Of a DNA stretch of 64,000 nt, positions 23,004 through 35,145 are shown in pieces. The position numbers were made by a program, and so were the translations under genes. Below the pieces are notes generated by a model. The model made no database searches. It was not told where the DNA came from and saw only the letters and a program-made list of their open reading frames with translations. Every line of letters begins with the position of its first letter. The stretch's first letter is position 1. Source of the stretch: Camelus dromedarius (Eukaryota); NCBI RefSeq assembly GCF_036321535.1, contig NC_087437.1, positions 41,232,001 to 41,296,000 of the forward strand, written 5' to 3'.

Positions 23004-24384
23004 ATTTAAAAGAATTTGATATTTAACAGGTGTTCAGTGAACAGTGAAATATTGGCAGCTCGATTCAGGAATACATTATTTTGTTTGATTAAAATATAAA
23101 TCATGAAGAAACATTATGCTTAAAATATAAAGGTCAACTATAAAAGAATAAAGATGTTTGCCTTCATCCAGTATAAATTCTTCAAATGAAGGGATACAGG
23201 ATGCTTGCCATTGTTTTAAGTGATCTATTTCCAAGAAATAAGGAAAGGAGAATACTTTTTAAAGAAAGAATAAGATGAGCAACATTATTCTATATTAATG
23301 ATAGCATTCACCCATTTTGGGCAATTGAGGATTAAAGAGCTCAAGTTTCTTGAAAGTGGCCAAAGAAAAACACCCAACCATGGATTCTCCAGTGTATGAA
23401 ATGGTTATGGCAGTCATGGTTCCACTTGCCACAGCAGGGGACCCAGATCTCTGCAAAGGCTGAAAATCTCTCTCCTACCAATGGAGGTCTTCTGCATCAG
23501 CACAGGCTGCACTGGTGACTGTGCTTCCCAAGCAAAGGCCTGCAAATCGTTCTTTGGGTAGGAGGGCAAGAGGACAAAAAGGACATTTAAAAACTGAAAG
23601 CTGTTTTATAAATGCAGGGAGGCTCTTACATATTTATAATCTCTCAAAGTGGAGCCAACGTGGACTACAGCCATTTGTCAGCAACCATCCCTGGGAAGCT
23701 GGCTACTGGGAGTTCACTCATGTGCCCCTCAGGAACCTCCACCCTTTCTCCAGAAAAATGCTGGGTGAAATATAATGATTCTCTGAGAAAGGAAGAGGTC
23801 TCTTTTAAGTAAATATGACTTGACCCAGGATCTGGGCAAGCCAGAATAGGCGAGTAGCTGACTAGTTAGTAAGTGCATTGATTTGCAGCTAAATTTAGCT
23901 GCAGTCCAACAGTGACCTGTCAGATACCTTCCTCTCAAGGAGGGTGAGGTTTCCCTGACTCCAGTGAAATTCCTCTCTCCCACTACATTTTCGTGCCTCC
24001 AGCCTAGACTGACTGATGAGGGATCGTGAGACAGGCGAGGAGAGCATTGTGTGGACTTTTTAGCCAATCTCCTCTTCTCAAGGAGAGATTTCACCCAGTC
24101 TAAGAGAGAATCACCAAATGGGGCTGGAGCTTCGGAAGACCTAGTAGATGAGTATGGAAGCTAAGAGGAAAGGCTTTGGAGGAGGTGGGAGGAGCCCTTG
24201 TAGGGTTTATTGGGTCTAGAATTAGTTTTGGTCGACAGTTTCCTTATCTGTGAATCAGGTATTACAAAATTATTTGCTGACTAGGTTGTTCTAAGGATTA
24301 AATTAATATATATAAAAACTCTTGGCGTGGTGCCTGGGTAAACGATGACGATATTGTAGCGTTTTCAGTGTTACCGAAAGGTTC

Positions 24385-24750
24385 TGTCTCTGACCTTATC
24401 TCCTGCTATCCGCCTCCCCCTCCACCCCCAGCCCCTGGAACTTTACATTTCTCTTCCTTCTGCTCTGTTTGCTTGCTTACTTTCATCAGATCTTGACTCA
24501 AAAGTCACCTTCCTCAGGAGTCCTCCCCCAGCCTTCCTATCTAAAAATTCAACTCCACCCTAGGTCTTACTGCCCTCCTTTCCTGCTTTACTGTCATCTA
24601 ACAAATGACATATTTTATTATTTGTCATGCGCACTGGGAGGCTCTCTCTCTAGAATGGAGGTGCCTTGAGGGCAGATGCTCTTTGTCTTGTTCACTCTCT
24701 TAGTGGCAGATCAATGCCTGTGCTCAATCAATACAGGCTGTAAGAATGAA
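24385..24750 (+). mobile_element. L2 3' fragment (short MIR pieces at ~24235-24345 and ~24860-24895)
   Basis: actcaaaagtcaccttcctcagg..cttcctatctaaaa...ctagaatgga..cttgagggcaga..tttgtcttgttcact...gtgctcaat. Confidence 0.65.
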
Positions 24751-26660
24751 CTCCCTACCTCTGTGGAAACGCTTTTTCACGCCCTTCTGTTCTCTTTATA
24801 AAAAAATCACACCATCTCTTATTTGAAGGTGTAACAACGGATAGAACAAGTACTGTCATCAAATGAGGAAACTGAGGCTCAGAGAAGCAAGTTTTTTGCA
24901 GATCATCTTTTCCATTCAGATTAGCCTTGCCAAGCAAGAATGTATCACTCCTTTTTTTTTAATTCTATTTTAAATTCTCCCAAAGCATAAGGGTAAAGAG
25001 TAGGGGTATAAAATAAAATGCCTGACAGAGTATATTTTGTCTAGGAAGATTTATTTGTGTAAATATGTGTAATTGTTTTATTTAAAAATTAGCAACATGG
25101 ATTGAAAAGTTATATAGCACAAGGGTATGGAAACATTATAAAGTATAGAAGTAGAGGTGATTGCATTCCAAATTATATTCCGGCTAGCAGCAGCCGACAG
25201 ATCAACCTTACAGGCAGAAATTAAGGACGAGGTTGTCTGTGCTTTTTGAACCAAAGAGGACATTGGATAACCTTTCCTTGACACAGATGTGGAAAGATGG
25301 AGCTAGCAAATTCACCTAAAGCTTTTAGACCTCAATCAGCTTAAGGTCACTTGCACAAAAGAATGAAGAATTGCCTTTCCTTCCTCCTCTTCCTCATTTC
25401 CAGCTGTGAAATAGGTGTAAGCACATCGCCAAAGATTCAAATATCAAGTCTAATTTAAAGCTAGTCACCAGGACTTGATTTCTGTCACCTTGGGCGTTAG
25501 GTACTTGCCTACTATCCAAAAGATTGGTATCTATCTGTACTTCTTCGGCATTCAGCCCACAAATCTTGCATTTACAATATTAATGATTTATTTCACCGGT
25601 GGCTTCTGTCTTCAGAAAGGATGGTAAGGAAGTAAAAATGATGCTTATTTAAGCAAATAAATAAACTGAGAGTTTTTATTATTAAAATATGATTTATGAC
25701 ATCTCAAGATCTCCTAACCAGAAAATCTGTCTTAAATTTAATGAACTTTTAAATGATAGAATTTTAATGCCAATAATAATACAATGTATTAATTTATTAG
25801 TCATTGATAGACATTCAACAACTTATAGTTGCAACTACTGAAAAATACACAATTGTACAAACTATGCTTAGAAAGCTTGATTATACTTTTAAAAACATTA
25901 CATCTGTGTTTTTGTATTTTTTTAATATTTACTTTTTCTTTTTGAGAAAAATACATGTTAGAAAGCAAATTCAGAATTGATGAAAAATCTTTGGGAGACA
26001 GTAAATGCAGTGGAGCTGAAGGAGTAACAATATACAGATTCTATTCAGAATTTGATCAGTTTTCAATTTTTCAGTAAGGCTCCAGGCAAAGCTCTTTAAC
26101 TTTTCATGCATTTTATAAAGAAAGGAAATAAAAATGCTTGCTATGCCTTTTTTCCTTTATAGGACAAAAATGCAAACAGGAGCAGCCAGACAGAGTGAGT
26201 TCTTATGACTCACCTTATTGAGTCAACATTTCATTTTGTTGTTCATGATAACTTCCAACAGAGTTGTCTAACCTTGACAACTTCTGTTAGGGGTTCACAA
26301 CATATCACAAATACAATCAGTACAATATTCCATTATTAAGCAAAATGGCAGTCAATAAAAAACTTTCAAAAAGGCCTCATTTCTATAAATGGAAATGGAT
26401 TTCAGTGCACGTTGGAATGTGGTCAAGTTTTTACAAAGAAAGGTCTTATGAAGTAAATCTAATTTCACATAAAATGGGCATAACGATCATAATTTTTTTT
26501 TAAAAACCCTTTTTACCCTAGTCACAAGGCACATTATTACACAACTCCAAGAAACACTAATCCCATTCTTTTTTATATGAATGGAAATTTCCTGGAATTG
26601 AACAACACGGAAGCCCTCTTAATTAAAACTTAAATTCATAGACTACTTACTAAGCATCTG

Positions 26661-26661
<1 letters not shown>

Positions 26662-26713
<52 letters not shown>

Positions 26714-26722
26714 TTATATATA
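26662..26722 (+). repeat. (AC)n(AT)n compound microsatellite
   Basis: Seen directly. Confidence 0.95.
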
Positions 26723-28799
26723 AAGTGCTGTATCAGTCTCTGAGGGGTCCGAATCATAATAATCATAATTATTAAAATTATTACAATTTCTTGCACTACT
26801 TTAAGTTCATTTTAATAGATTTTATTCCTAAGAGAAGATTTATAAAAATATGGTTTTGTTTCCCATTTGTTTCCTTTTCAGAGGTTTCCTCAAGTTATGG
26901 CATCTTATTTTGGGTAAGACACCATTAAAAAGAAAATCTCTAACATACGTGGTCCTTACAAGACTCAATTATTACCTAAAAGAAAAATAGCAGGAAAGAA
27001 ATCCACCTTATCTCATGGAGAGAGAACCATTTTTATTAGATCCAGAATATTCTCCCCTAATATACTTTGCAAAGTCCTCTAAGAACAACTCTACTGCAGA
27101 AAACAACTGAAAAGAAATGAGATTCTAGATGGGCTGTATTTTTTTTTTTTAAGGCTGTGATACAATTTTAATTTTGTGCTTAGTGCTATACTATACTCAT
27201 CAAAGATACGTTTTTATTCAAAGAATTGACATTATAATACATTCTCAAATATACTCACTTATCCCCCCAAAACAAAACTTTTCTCAAATAATTTAATAAA
27301 TGCCAGCAAGGAACTTCCTGCACTCCAATTTATATTTGCCAGTACAAAAATCACTCTCCAGTCTGGTCACATACTATTTCTGCCACAGTTTTAGGGGAAG
27401 ATATTATTAAGAAAATATCATGGTTTTCAATTTGAAATTTAATCTACCAACCTGTGTGTTACAAAGGTCAGATGGAAATGAACTTTATGATTGTATTTTA
27501 TTAATCAGCACACCCATATGTGATATATTTCACTGACTTGAAAAAGTAATTCAATGGCAATAAGGTAACAACAACTTACTGGTTCTCTCTCTGTATGTCA
27601 TAGGACCTTATCTACACTTCACAAGAGACTAGAAATGACTATGAGATTATGAATAAAAAGCAAAGCAGTTACTTAGAAAGATTTGTATAAGCTTCCTAAT
27701 ATTCTGCACTGGACTATTTAATTAATTAAATAACCATTCATTATTTATGAACAATTTCTTCCTGTATTATGAATATTCTCAGATACTCTTATGAAATACA
27801 GTATTAAAGCAAATGATTTAGAAAAGGAAGCCAGAATAAAAGGACACAAGAATTCGAATCTGTTGAAACTTTTACCTCCATTGTGTATAAAGGAGCCAGT
27901 TGTGCAGGGGTTTGGGTCCTATAAAACAAAGACCTTAGATCTTTACTCTTCAACACTGCACTTCATTAAAGATGTAATTAATACTACTTCACAACCTAAA
28001 TCGAAGTTAGAGGCTCCTGTGATACTGATCCAAATGACCTGGGGAAAGGTGTCAACACATTTATGTTATCACAGGCTAAGGAACATGCTGGGAAAAATAC
28101 AGTAACAGGCATTAACGATGTCAATGTTATTAGAACAGTGGATCACCTTTTTATATAAAAAAGAAGACAAAAAATAGATTTAACCCATAATTTAAAAAAT
28201 TTAACTTTCTTATAAAGTAGATCTGTGAAGGTAATTAAAAGGTTAGAGTTACCTAAGAAGACTGGGACATTTTTACAAAAATAGAATTAGATCCTCAAAT
28301 TTTGGTATAATGAAGGTGTTATAGCACTCCACAACGGACGAGGGGAAGACCAGATTAGATGTTAAAAATCTGTATAATGATTTGTTTTCTTTTTTACAAT
28401 TTATACATTTCTTTCCCATAGATCATCTCATTTGCTGTTCGTAACTTTCCTCTGAATACCTACTAACACAAATATGAATAAAATGCTGTTTCTTGCCCTC
28501 ATGAAACTTACAGTCACAGCTTTCCTATATTACACATTTTTAATATTGTGGATGTTCTAATTTAAGGAAATAAACATCAAGTCTGTTGAAAATGGTAAAA
28601 AGAAGAGAATCGGAGGTGGGGAGTAGAAAAGAAGCAGAAGCAGGTATCTGTGTGGGGCAGTCTTCAATACATGAAGGAAGCAAAGGCAAGGAAAACTGGA
28701 AAACTGGACAGTGGAACTTCAGGTAGAGGGCAGAGTTCTGAGCGTGAAGGAGAGAGAGAAGAAGTGGGGTACGGGGGAGGAGGGAAGGAGAGAGCTTGC

Positions 28800-28843
28800 A
28801 GAGAGAGAGAGAGAGACAGAGACAGAAAGAGAGAGACAGAGAG
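28800..28843 (+). repeat. (GA)n / (GAGACA)n purine-rich repeat
   Basis: Seen directly. Confidence 0.85.
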
Positions 28844-29234
28844 TTGCAGAAGAGGTTAATGAACCCATATCAGCCTGCTCTGCCACATTCTGGATTTCAT
28901 GGACAGAGCTAATCCTGAGCCCTGGGGAAAGGGGCTGAGAAATGCATATGAGCCTACTCTGAGCAGGACTTGCTTAGACAGACATCACCCAGACTCTTCC
29001 CAAGTCAAATAAAACGATACCTGTTTGAGACAACAGTGGAAACTCAGATGACTCTACAACTGTGAGCAATAAATTAGACGTCGCTCAACACTTGGATTGG
29101 ACAATCAGTCAACGAAAATGTGTCTTCATATTCACACTTCAAAACAAGACAGATTCTAATTATATCAATAAAAATAGGGGGTTAGAAATAATAAACAGTA
29201 TATAGTAATCACAGCTAGTAAATGAAAATTATTA

Positions 29235-29380
29235 TTAATAACTAACACTTAATGCTTGTCAGGCAATGTTTTAAGCATTTTACATAACTCATCGTAACAA
29301 ACAATGAGGTAGGTATTATTATTCTCCTCATTTTATAGACAAGGAAATTAAGGTGCAAAGAGGTTACATGACTTGTCCAA
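29235..29380 (-). mobile_element. MIR SINE
   Basis: atgaggtaggtattattattctcctcattttatagacaaggaaattaaggtgcaaagaggttacatgacttgtccaa. Confidence 0.8.
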
Positions 29381-29629
29381 AATATCTATTATTTAGGGTA
29401 CATAGCTTTTCATTGACGTTCATTTCACTTACTACATTTTTTGTTGCTCTATTTAATAAACAAAAGATTCCACAGGGCTTTCAGGAGTTTACTTGCAACC
29501 TTAGTCTTTCTAGCACTAATTTCTCTCTCAAGATCTTAGATTTTCAGCTGTGATTTCTTTAACTGGAGTTTTCAAACTCTCAGCTTCAGAAACTGAAATT
29601 ACGATGAACAGACGCCCAAATATTTCAGA

Positions 29630-31550
29630 GGCAGAGCAGCCAACTCACACTGGGCTGGATGGGCACGGTAGCAAAGTTAAGACTTTAATTCAGTCCTGAA
29701 TGATCAAAGGGACTAGATCAGGAGGAAGACAGGGAAAGACATTTAAGGCACTGGCATAAAGGCATTGGTCAATGTAGTAGGAAGGGCCAGAATCTGGGTA
29801 TGGCTGTGACAACATATGTGTTTGGGAAACAGCAGGAAATAAGGTTGGAGAAATAGACAGGGTGCAGTCAAGAAGAGTTTCCCATGAAATGCTAAGGACT
29901 ATGACATTAAAGGGTTTATGCTGGGAGTCACAGAATCAGATTGGATTCAAGAAAGGACACTGTCATCATCTTCCACATCCCTTCCTCATCTCCCCACACC
30001 ACCTTCCAGCACCAGGACTGCAATTCATCCATCCTCTACCAAGATTTGGAGACTATTAAACCAGTCAGGATCTGAAACAAAGTCTGTGGCAGAGAGAAGA
30101 GAATGGAGACAAGGAATAAACAAAAAGTAGAACCAGCAGGATTTTTTTTTAATATATATGCGTATGGGGTGTTGAAGAATCGAGAGAGAACTCTAGAAAG
30201 AAGTTGACAATTCTGGTATGTGAATCTGAGTGGATAAGGGTACCATTCACTGAAACAGAAGACGACATATGGGAAAACATGAGAAGAGGAGGAGGTGACT
30301 TCAGTTTGAGACATACTTGGTTTTAGGGGTCTGATGAACACCTAGACATGTGTCCACTAGGCAGCCAGTTGAGGAGGCTAAGGTTCAGGGGGTTGAGCTG
30401 GTCTTACTGAAACAGAAGAACTCACAAAAGACAATAAGAAAAAACAACCAGATGGTGGGAAAAGAGAAAGTGGCAATGTCAGTGGAAGTTAAGGATGGAG
30501 AAAATTTCAAAAAGGAGGGTATAGTCAGAACCAGATGGTACAGGAGACCACATGAAATAAGGACTGAAAAGGGCTCATTCAGTCTGGCAGTGATGAGGCC
30601 CCTGGGGATAAAAACAGGAATTTGGAGGCAGAAATAGAAGCCAGAGTAAACAGAGGGAAGGAAAAAATGGGAGGGGACCAAGTGGAGACAAAGAAGGTAG
30701 AAAAAAGTTGGTTCAGTCTGGAAAGAGATGGAAACTGATACTGGGGTCTCCCTGAAGAAGTCTGTGTGCTGAGAGGAAAGAGGCAAGTATCAGGAGGAAG
30801 ATGGTTGACCCCAGAAAAGGGAGGAGGAGGGAGCTCACAGCCAGAAAGTATGACAAGTCCTGAACAGGAGGGAAAGTTCTTGCACCAGGACAGGATGAAA
30901 GAAGACACAAACGTGGGTGGACAAAGATGAGCTGATGGGGGAGAGAGAGGCATTGCGGGATCCTGTCCACTGGCTCCACTTTCTCTAAGAGGCAGACAAG
31001 AAGGTCACCTGCGGAGAGTATTGATGCCAGAGGCAGTGGAAGGGAAGAGAGGTGAAGTTTTAGAGAAATTCTTTTAGGGAACAGGAGAAGGACCTGAGCA
31101 GGTGCATATCACAGATTATTAAGTAGTACTGAGTGTCTCATTGGGGTTGGGGTTTGCAATTTTCCCTGAGTTGTGCTGTGCACCCCAAATACAGAAAAAG
31201 GAAGCAATTGGTTGGACTGATCTTAGGTAAGGGGTCGGCAAGGTGGATATTCTGGAAGAGCAAAGGACAAAGGAGATGGCACATGTTGGCTTAAAATGAT
31301 TAAAACAAGGAATCATGGGGCCCAAGCCTGGGTGGACAAGTTATTAAAGTTTCAAGGGGACTGAGAGACTGACGGAAGGGACCAGAGAGTTTATTCACAC
31401 AGAGCAGGTGTGCAGGCTGTGAGGGAGCATTAATAGGAAAGCCAACGACCGTGTTCTAAGACTGGGATGCTGCAAATTCAGAATTTTAAAATCAGAACAG
31501 ACCTGGATCATGGGAAGTCCAGGGCGTGAGTCACAAGAGTGGGGCGTCAT
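29630..31550 (-). mobile_element. Long, degraded L2 LINE fragment
   Basis: Purine-rich run of reverse-L2 blocks: gtaccattcactgaaa, ttcagtttgagacat, tgtccactaggcag, gaaataaggactgaaaag, tggcagtgatgagg. Confidence 0.65.
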
Positions 31551-32654
31551 TACGGGTAATAGTAATACAATTACAGTGTCAATATTATCCCATTTCACTA
31601 ATGAGCCAACGATTAGGTGACTTATTCGTAGTCACAGCCAGCTGATGGCAAGGCTAGGGTTTTAATTCACTTTTACTGCCAAATCCTGTGATCTTTTCAT
31701 ACAAAATCACTTCATACCTTTTTCCTCCAACCTTCGAATACGAACTAATAAGATGGTGATTTTGCTTTCAGTCTAGATCCAAGTTATAAAAGAAAGAAAG
31801 CTATAAATCTGACTTAAAATGCAAGTGAAAGTGACAGTATTATTTTCAGTATTCTGGTTATTACCTCTGGTGTAGAAGCTTTTGAGATTCTGTTAAAATG
31901 TATCTTTGCATGGTGTCTTATTATAAAAGCATTAAAAGTAAATAGCTATCTAACACGGCAACAAAAATAGTGAAGAACAATTTTAGCTTATAAAACATAA
32001 ATCCAGCCTGAAGTGGCATGTCGACCATTGTTCCGCTATACTGTATCCCACTAGCTCGCAAGGACCAGGCTGCTGTAGGATGATTTAGGAAGATGAGGAG
32101 ATGTAACATCACACATTGCCAACCCAAGTACGTTTGGGTATATACCCATAAGTGAACATCAGATTTGTTCACATATAAATGGGTCATTTCCTTTGAGATG
32201 AATCACTCAAGCCCAGACAACCCAAGGAGGTCGAGGAGGCTGGGGGCTGGTGTAAATGGCAAATTAGAAGCCCATGCAGTTAGTTATGGCTAACCCCATC
32301 CTGGGCAGCCCTTGGGACAGTATGCATTAAGAGGTATATTCATCAAATGGACCAATGGTGGTAAACATAATTCAACCTCAAACAATTCATTACAAAAGGC
32401 AAATGGAAAAAATGCCAATTTGCTGCCTGTGACATTAGCTACCACGGCCCTGTGCTGTACATCAAAGTGAGGGGCCTGCAGGAAAGCCTGTTCTTCACAC
32501 AGTCTCACATTCAGTTACTTCACAGCTGTTTATTCCACCCACTCTGGAAGCAGGCAGGGTTTTCCCCAGTCAGCCAAAGCCCCTCCAACCCAACCTATCA
32601 GGACTCTCCAAATGTTCCTGGGCTTTCTAATCTCACTATTAGGAGCTAATAGCT

Positions 32655-32790
32655 TGCTTTTCTTGAGTCATTATTTGCCAGGTTAGGACTCTTCCTGGAT
32701 CACTATTTAATCCTCACATCACCCATGTGAAGTAGGTACTGGTGCTGTCCCCATTCCACAGATGAAGAGAGTGAGGGACAGTCACAAGAT
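32655..32790 (-). mobile_element. MIR SINE
   Basis: tatttaatcctcacatcacccatgtgaagtaggtact..tccccattccacagatgaaga. Confidence 0.7.
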
Positions 32791-33384
32791 CACACTGCTG
32801 GCTCTTAGCCATACCCACACACCCCTCCACACCTCTGCCTTTACTACTTCCCCATCCAGATTGCACCCATCTCCTAACTCCACATCTCAGATATCACGTG
32901 TTTGGGAAAACCTCCCATTCACTTGGGTCCACACTGATCTCTCCCTTCTCAGAGGGATCTTCTTCATGTCTGGATGGAAGGTTTGCTTTGTGCCAGCGTC
33001 AGCACCCTCTAACATTCCTGGGGAGGACCTTGGGGAGACGAACTGCCCCTGTTTGCCTGGGAAACTGGTGTTGACAGGTGAGACAGCTTCTTCACAGAAA
33101 TGAGGCTGGGTTAAATAGCTTCAGCATTTAAAAGGTTCTATGATGTTGTCCAAGCCCTGGTTCCCCAAAGTGTTCAGGCATAGGGATTCCTGGAAATCTG
33201 AATTATGCCTTTTCTTTATTCTCATCTGCTCAAGCCTGATGGACCTGACAGACTAGAAAAAAGGAATGTTAGGGCTATTAGAGACATCAGTGCCCAGTGA
33301 TACTAACCCCATCCATCCTACTCCTCCAAGGCCATGCAGCAAGGACTCCAAATCTTCAGCCGTGGGAGAGGGAAGAACACTGCC

Positions 33385-33595
33385 CTGTGTTCAGAGACCC
33401 TTGGTTCTGCACCAGGCGCTGTCATTCGCCAGCTGCATGCCCATAAGCAGATCACTCTAACCTCTCTGGGCCTCAGTATCCACCAGTAAAACAAGAGTAC
33501 TGATACCTAAGGTTGTTGTAAGAATTAAATGAGCTGCAAGATGAAAGTTTGAAAAATGTATGATGCTCTGAAAATGCTATGAATTTTTATTAATA
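33385..33595 (+). mobile_element. MIR SINE
   Basis: aacctctctgggcctcagtatcc..gtaaaac..ggttgttgtaagaattaaatgag. Confidence 0.65.
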
Positions 33596-34778
33596 CTTTA
33601 CATTTGAGATTTCAAGCATCCGTGTTAGAGATCTGTTTTTTTTTCTTACAATCCTCTGTTGTAGCAATCATCCATTGGTAGCGTCCAAGACCACTGTCAA
33701 ATACAGCACATCTTGTTCAAAGGCATCAACTAACAAATGACCACAAGCCTAATGTGTTATGGTGCGTCTGGAAGTGTTTGTGTGACCGGAGAATGGCCCG
33801 AGCTCATCCAAACTGTAGCAGGAAAATCAGCAAAACCCAACAAAAGGTATCACCTACATATATCGACTGCCAGACAGTTTAAAGAGGGGCAATGGCAGAC
33901 TGGCTATATACATGTTGTAACTTGCATACGGTCCGGGAAGACCTGGACAAAGAGCAGAGACCAGCACACAGATGTAAAGACTTACTAAAGGAAGGAGAAG
34001 GGATGATTTCTTGACACCTTTAAAGGATGATGATTTCAAGAGTGCCCAGACTGCTTTGATCTGTTCCAGTGTGGGGCTGGTCACCCCTGCTGTCGGAGGC
34101 CTGAGACGATATCTAAATGTGTTTGGGTCATGATTTTGATGACGTGCGCTGATAGCTGGGCCCAGAAGTGAGAAGCAGGAAATGCCATAATAGTTATCAA
34201 CCTTTCTGCCACTGTCTTGGGATAATCTTCTCTGGCCTAGGCAGGTTAGCCACCTAGGGCTGGGGCAGGAGCAGGGTGCAAGTGTGTTGCAAGATGCTCC
34301 TTATTAGGAGATTTTTCATCTGACTCAGACCCATAGAAGATATCTGCTTTGTTGGGGGCTAAAATACCAAGAACTTGAATTTCCTACATAGATTGTTTGA
34401 TACTTAATATAAATAATGTGTCCAATTTTATTTAACAAAACTACTGGATTTTGTGCTCAAAACCGATTTTGTCTCCAGGCATTAATACCATTGATGTTTA
34501 AATCATTTTGAAATTGCCTTCACCATATTCCTCTGAATATTGAAAAAGAATTATGATCCATTCAAACTTATTAGAGAGCATATTTGATTTTTTGAAAGAG
34601 TTTAATATCTTTCTAAACAGGTAGGGAAGGAGGAAGATCAAGTTGGATAAAACCACTAGAAAGCTAAAATGATAAGTTACCAGAAAGCTACTTTGTGGTT
34701 TGTGCGTCTCATCTCCAGAAGAAGGTAGCCCCCAAATACGTAGGGCAATTGCATTACTTTTGATAGAAATAGGTACAT

Positions 34779-34895
34779 GGGGGGAGGGTATAGTTCAGTG
34801 GTAGGGCACACATTTAGCATAGATGAAGTCCTGGGTTCAATCTCCAGTACTGTCACTTAAAATAAACAAACCAACCAAACAACCTAATTACCTCG
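34779..34895 (+). mobile_element. tRNA-derived SINE, camelid Vic-1-like
   Basis: ggggggagggtatagttcagtggtagggcacacatttagcatagatgaagtcctgggttcaatctccagtac...aacctaattacctc. Confidence 0.85.
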
Positions 34896-34920
34896 AAAGG
34901 AAGAAAGGAAGGAAGAGGGG

Positions 34921-34952
<32 letters not shown>

Positions 34953-35145
34953 AAGGAAGGAAGGAAGAAAGGAAGGAAGGAAGAAAGGAAGGAAGGGAAG
35001 GAAGGGAAGGAAGGGAAGAAAGGAAGGAAGGAAGGAAGGAAGAGGGAAGGAAGGAAGGAAAGAAGGAAGGAAGGAAGGAAGGAAGGAAGGAAGGAAGGAA
35101 GGAAGGAAGGAAGGAAGGAAGGAAGAAAAAGAGGGAGAGAAGGAA
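34896..35145 (+). repeat. ~250-bp pure-purine (GA)n/(GAAG)n tract in place of the SINE tail
   Basis: Seen directly. Confidence 0.97.

Noticed and set aside
25180..25320. Exon-like open frames on both strands
   Set aside because: Weak splice signals and no recognisable protein.
33979..34110. Possible minus-strand exon ending TTA|GTAAGT
   Set aside because: Poor polypyrimidine tract and no similarity to any TNIK peptide I recognise.
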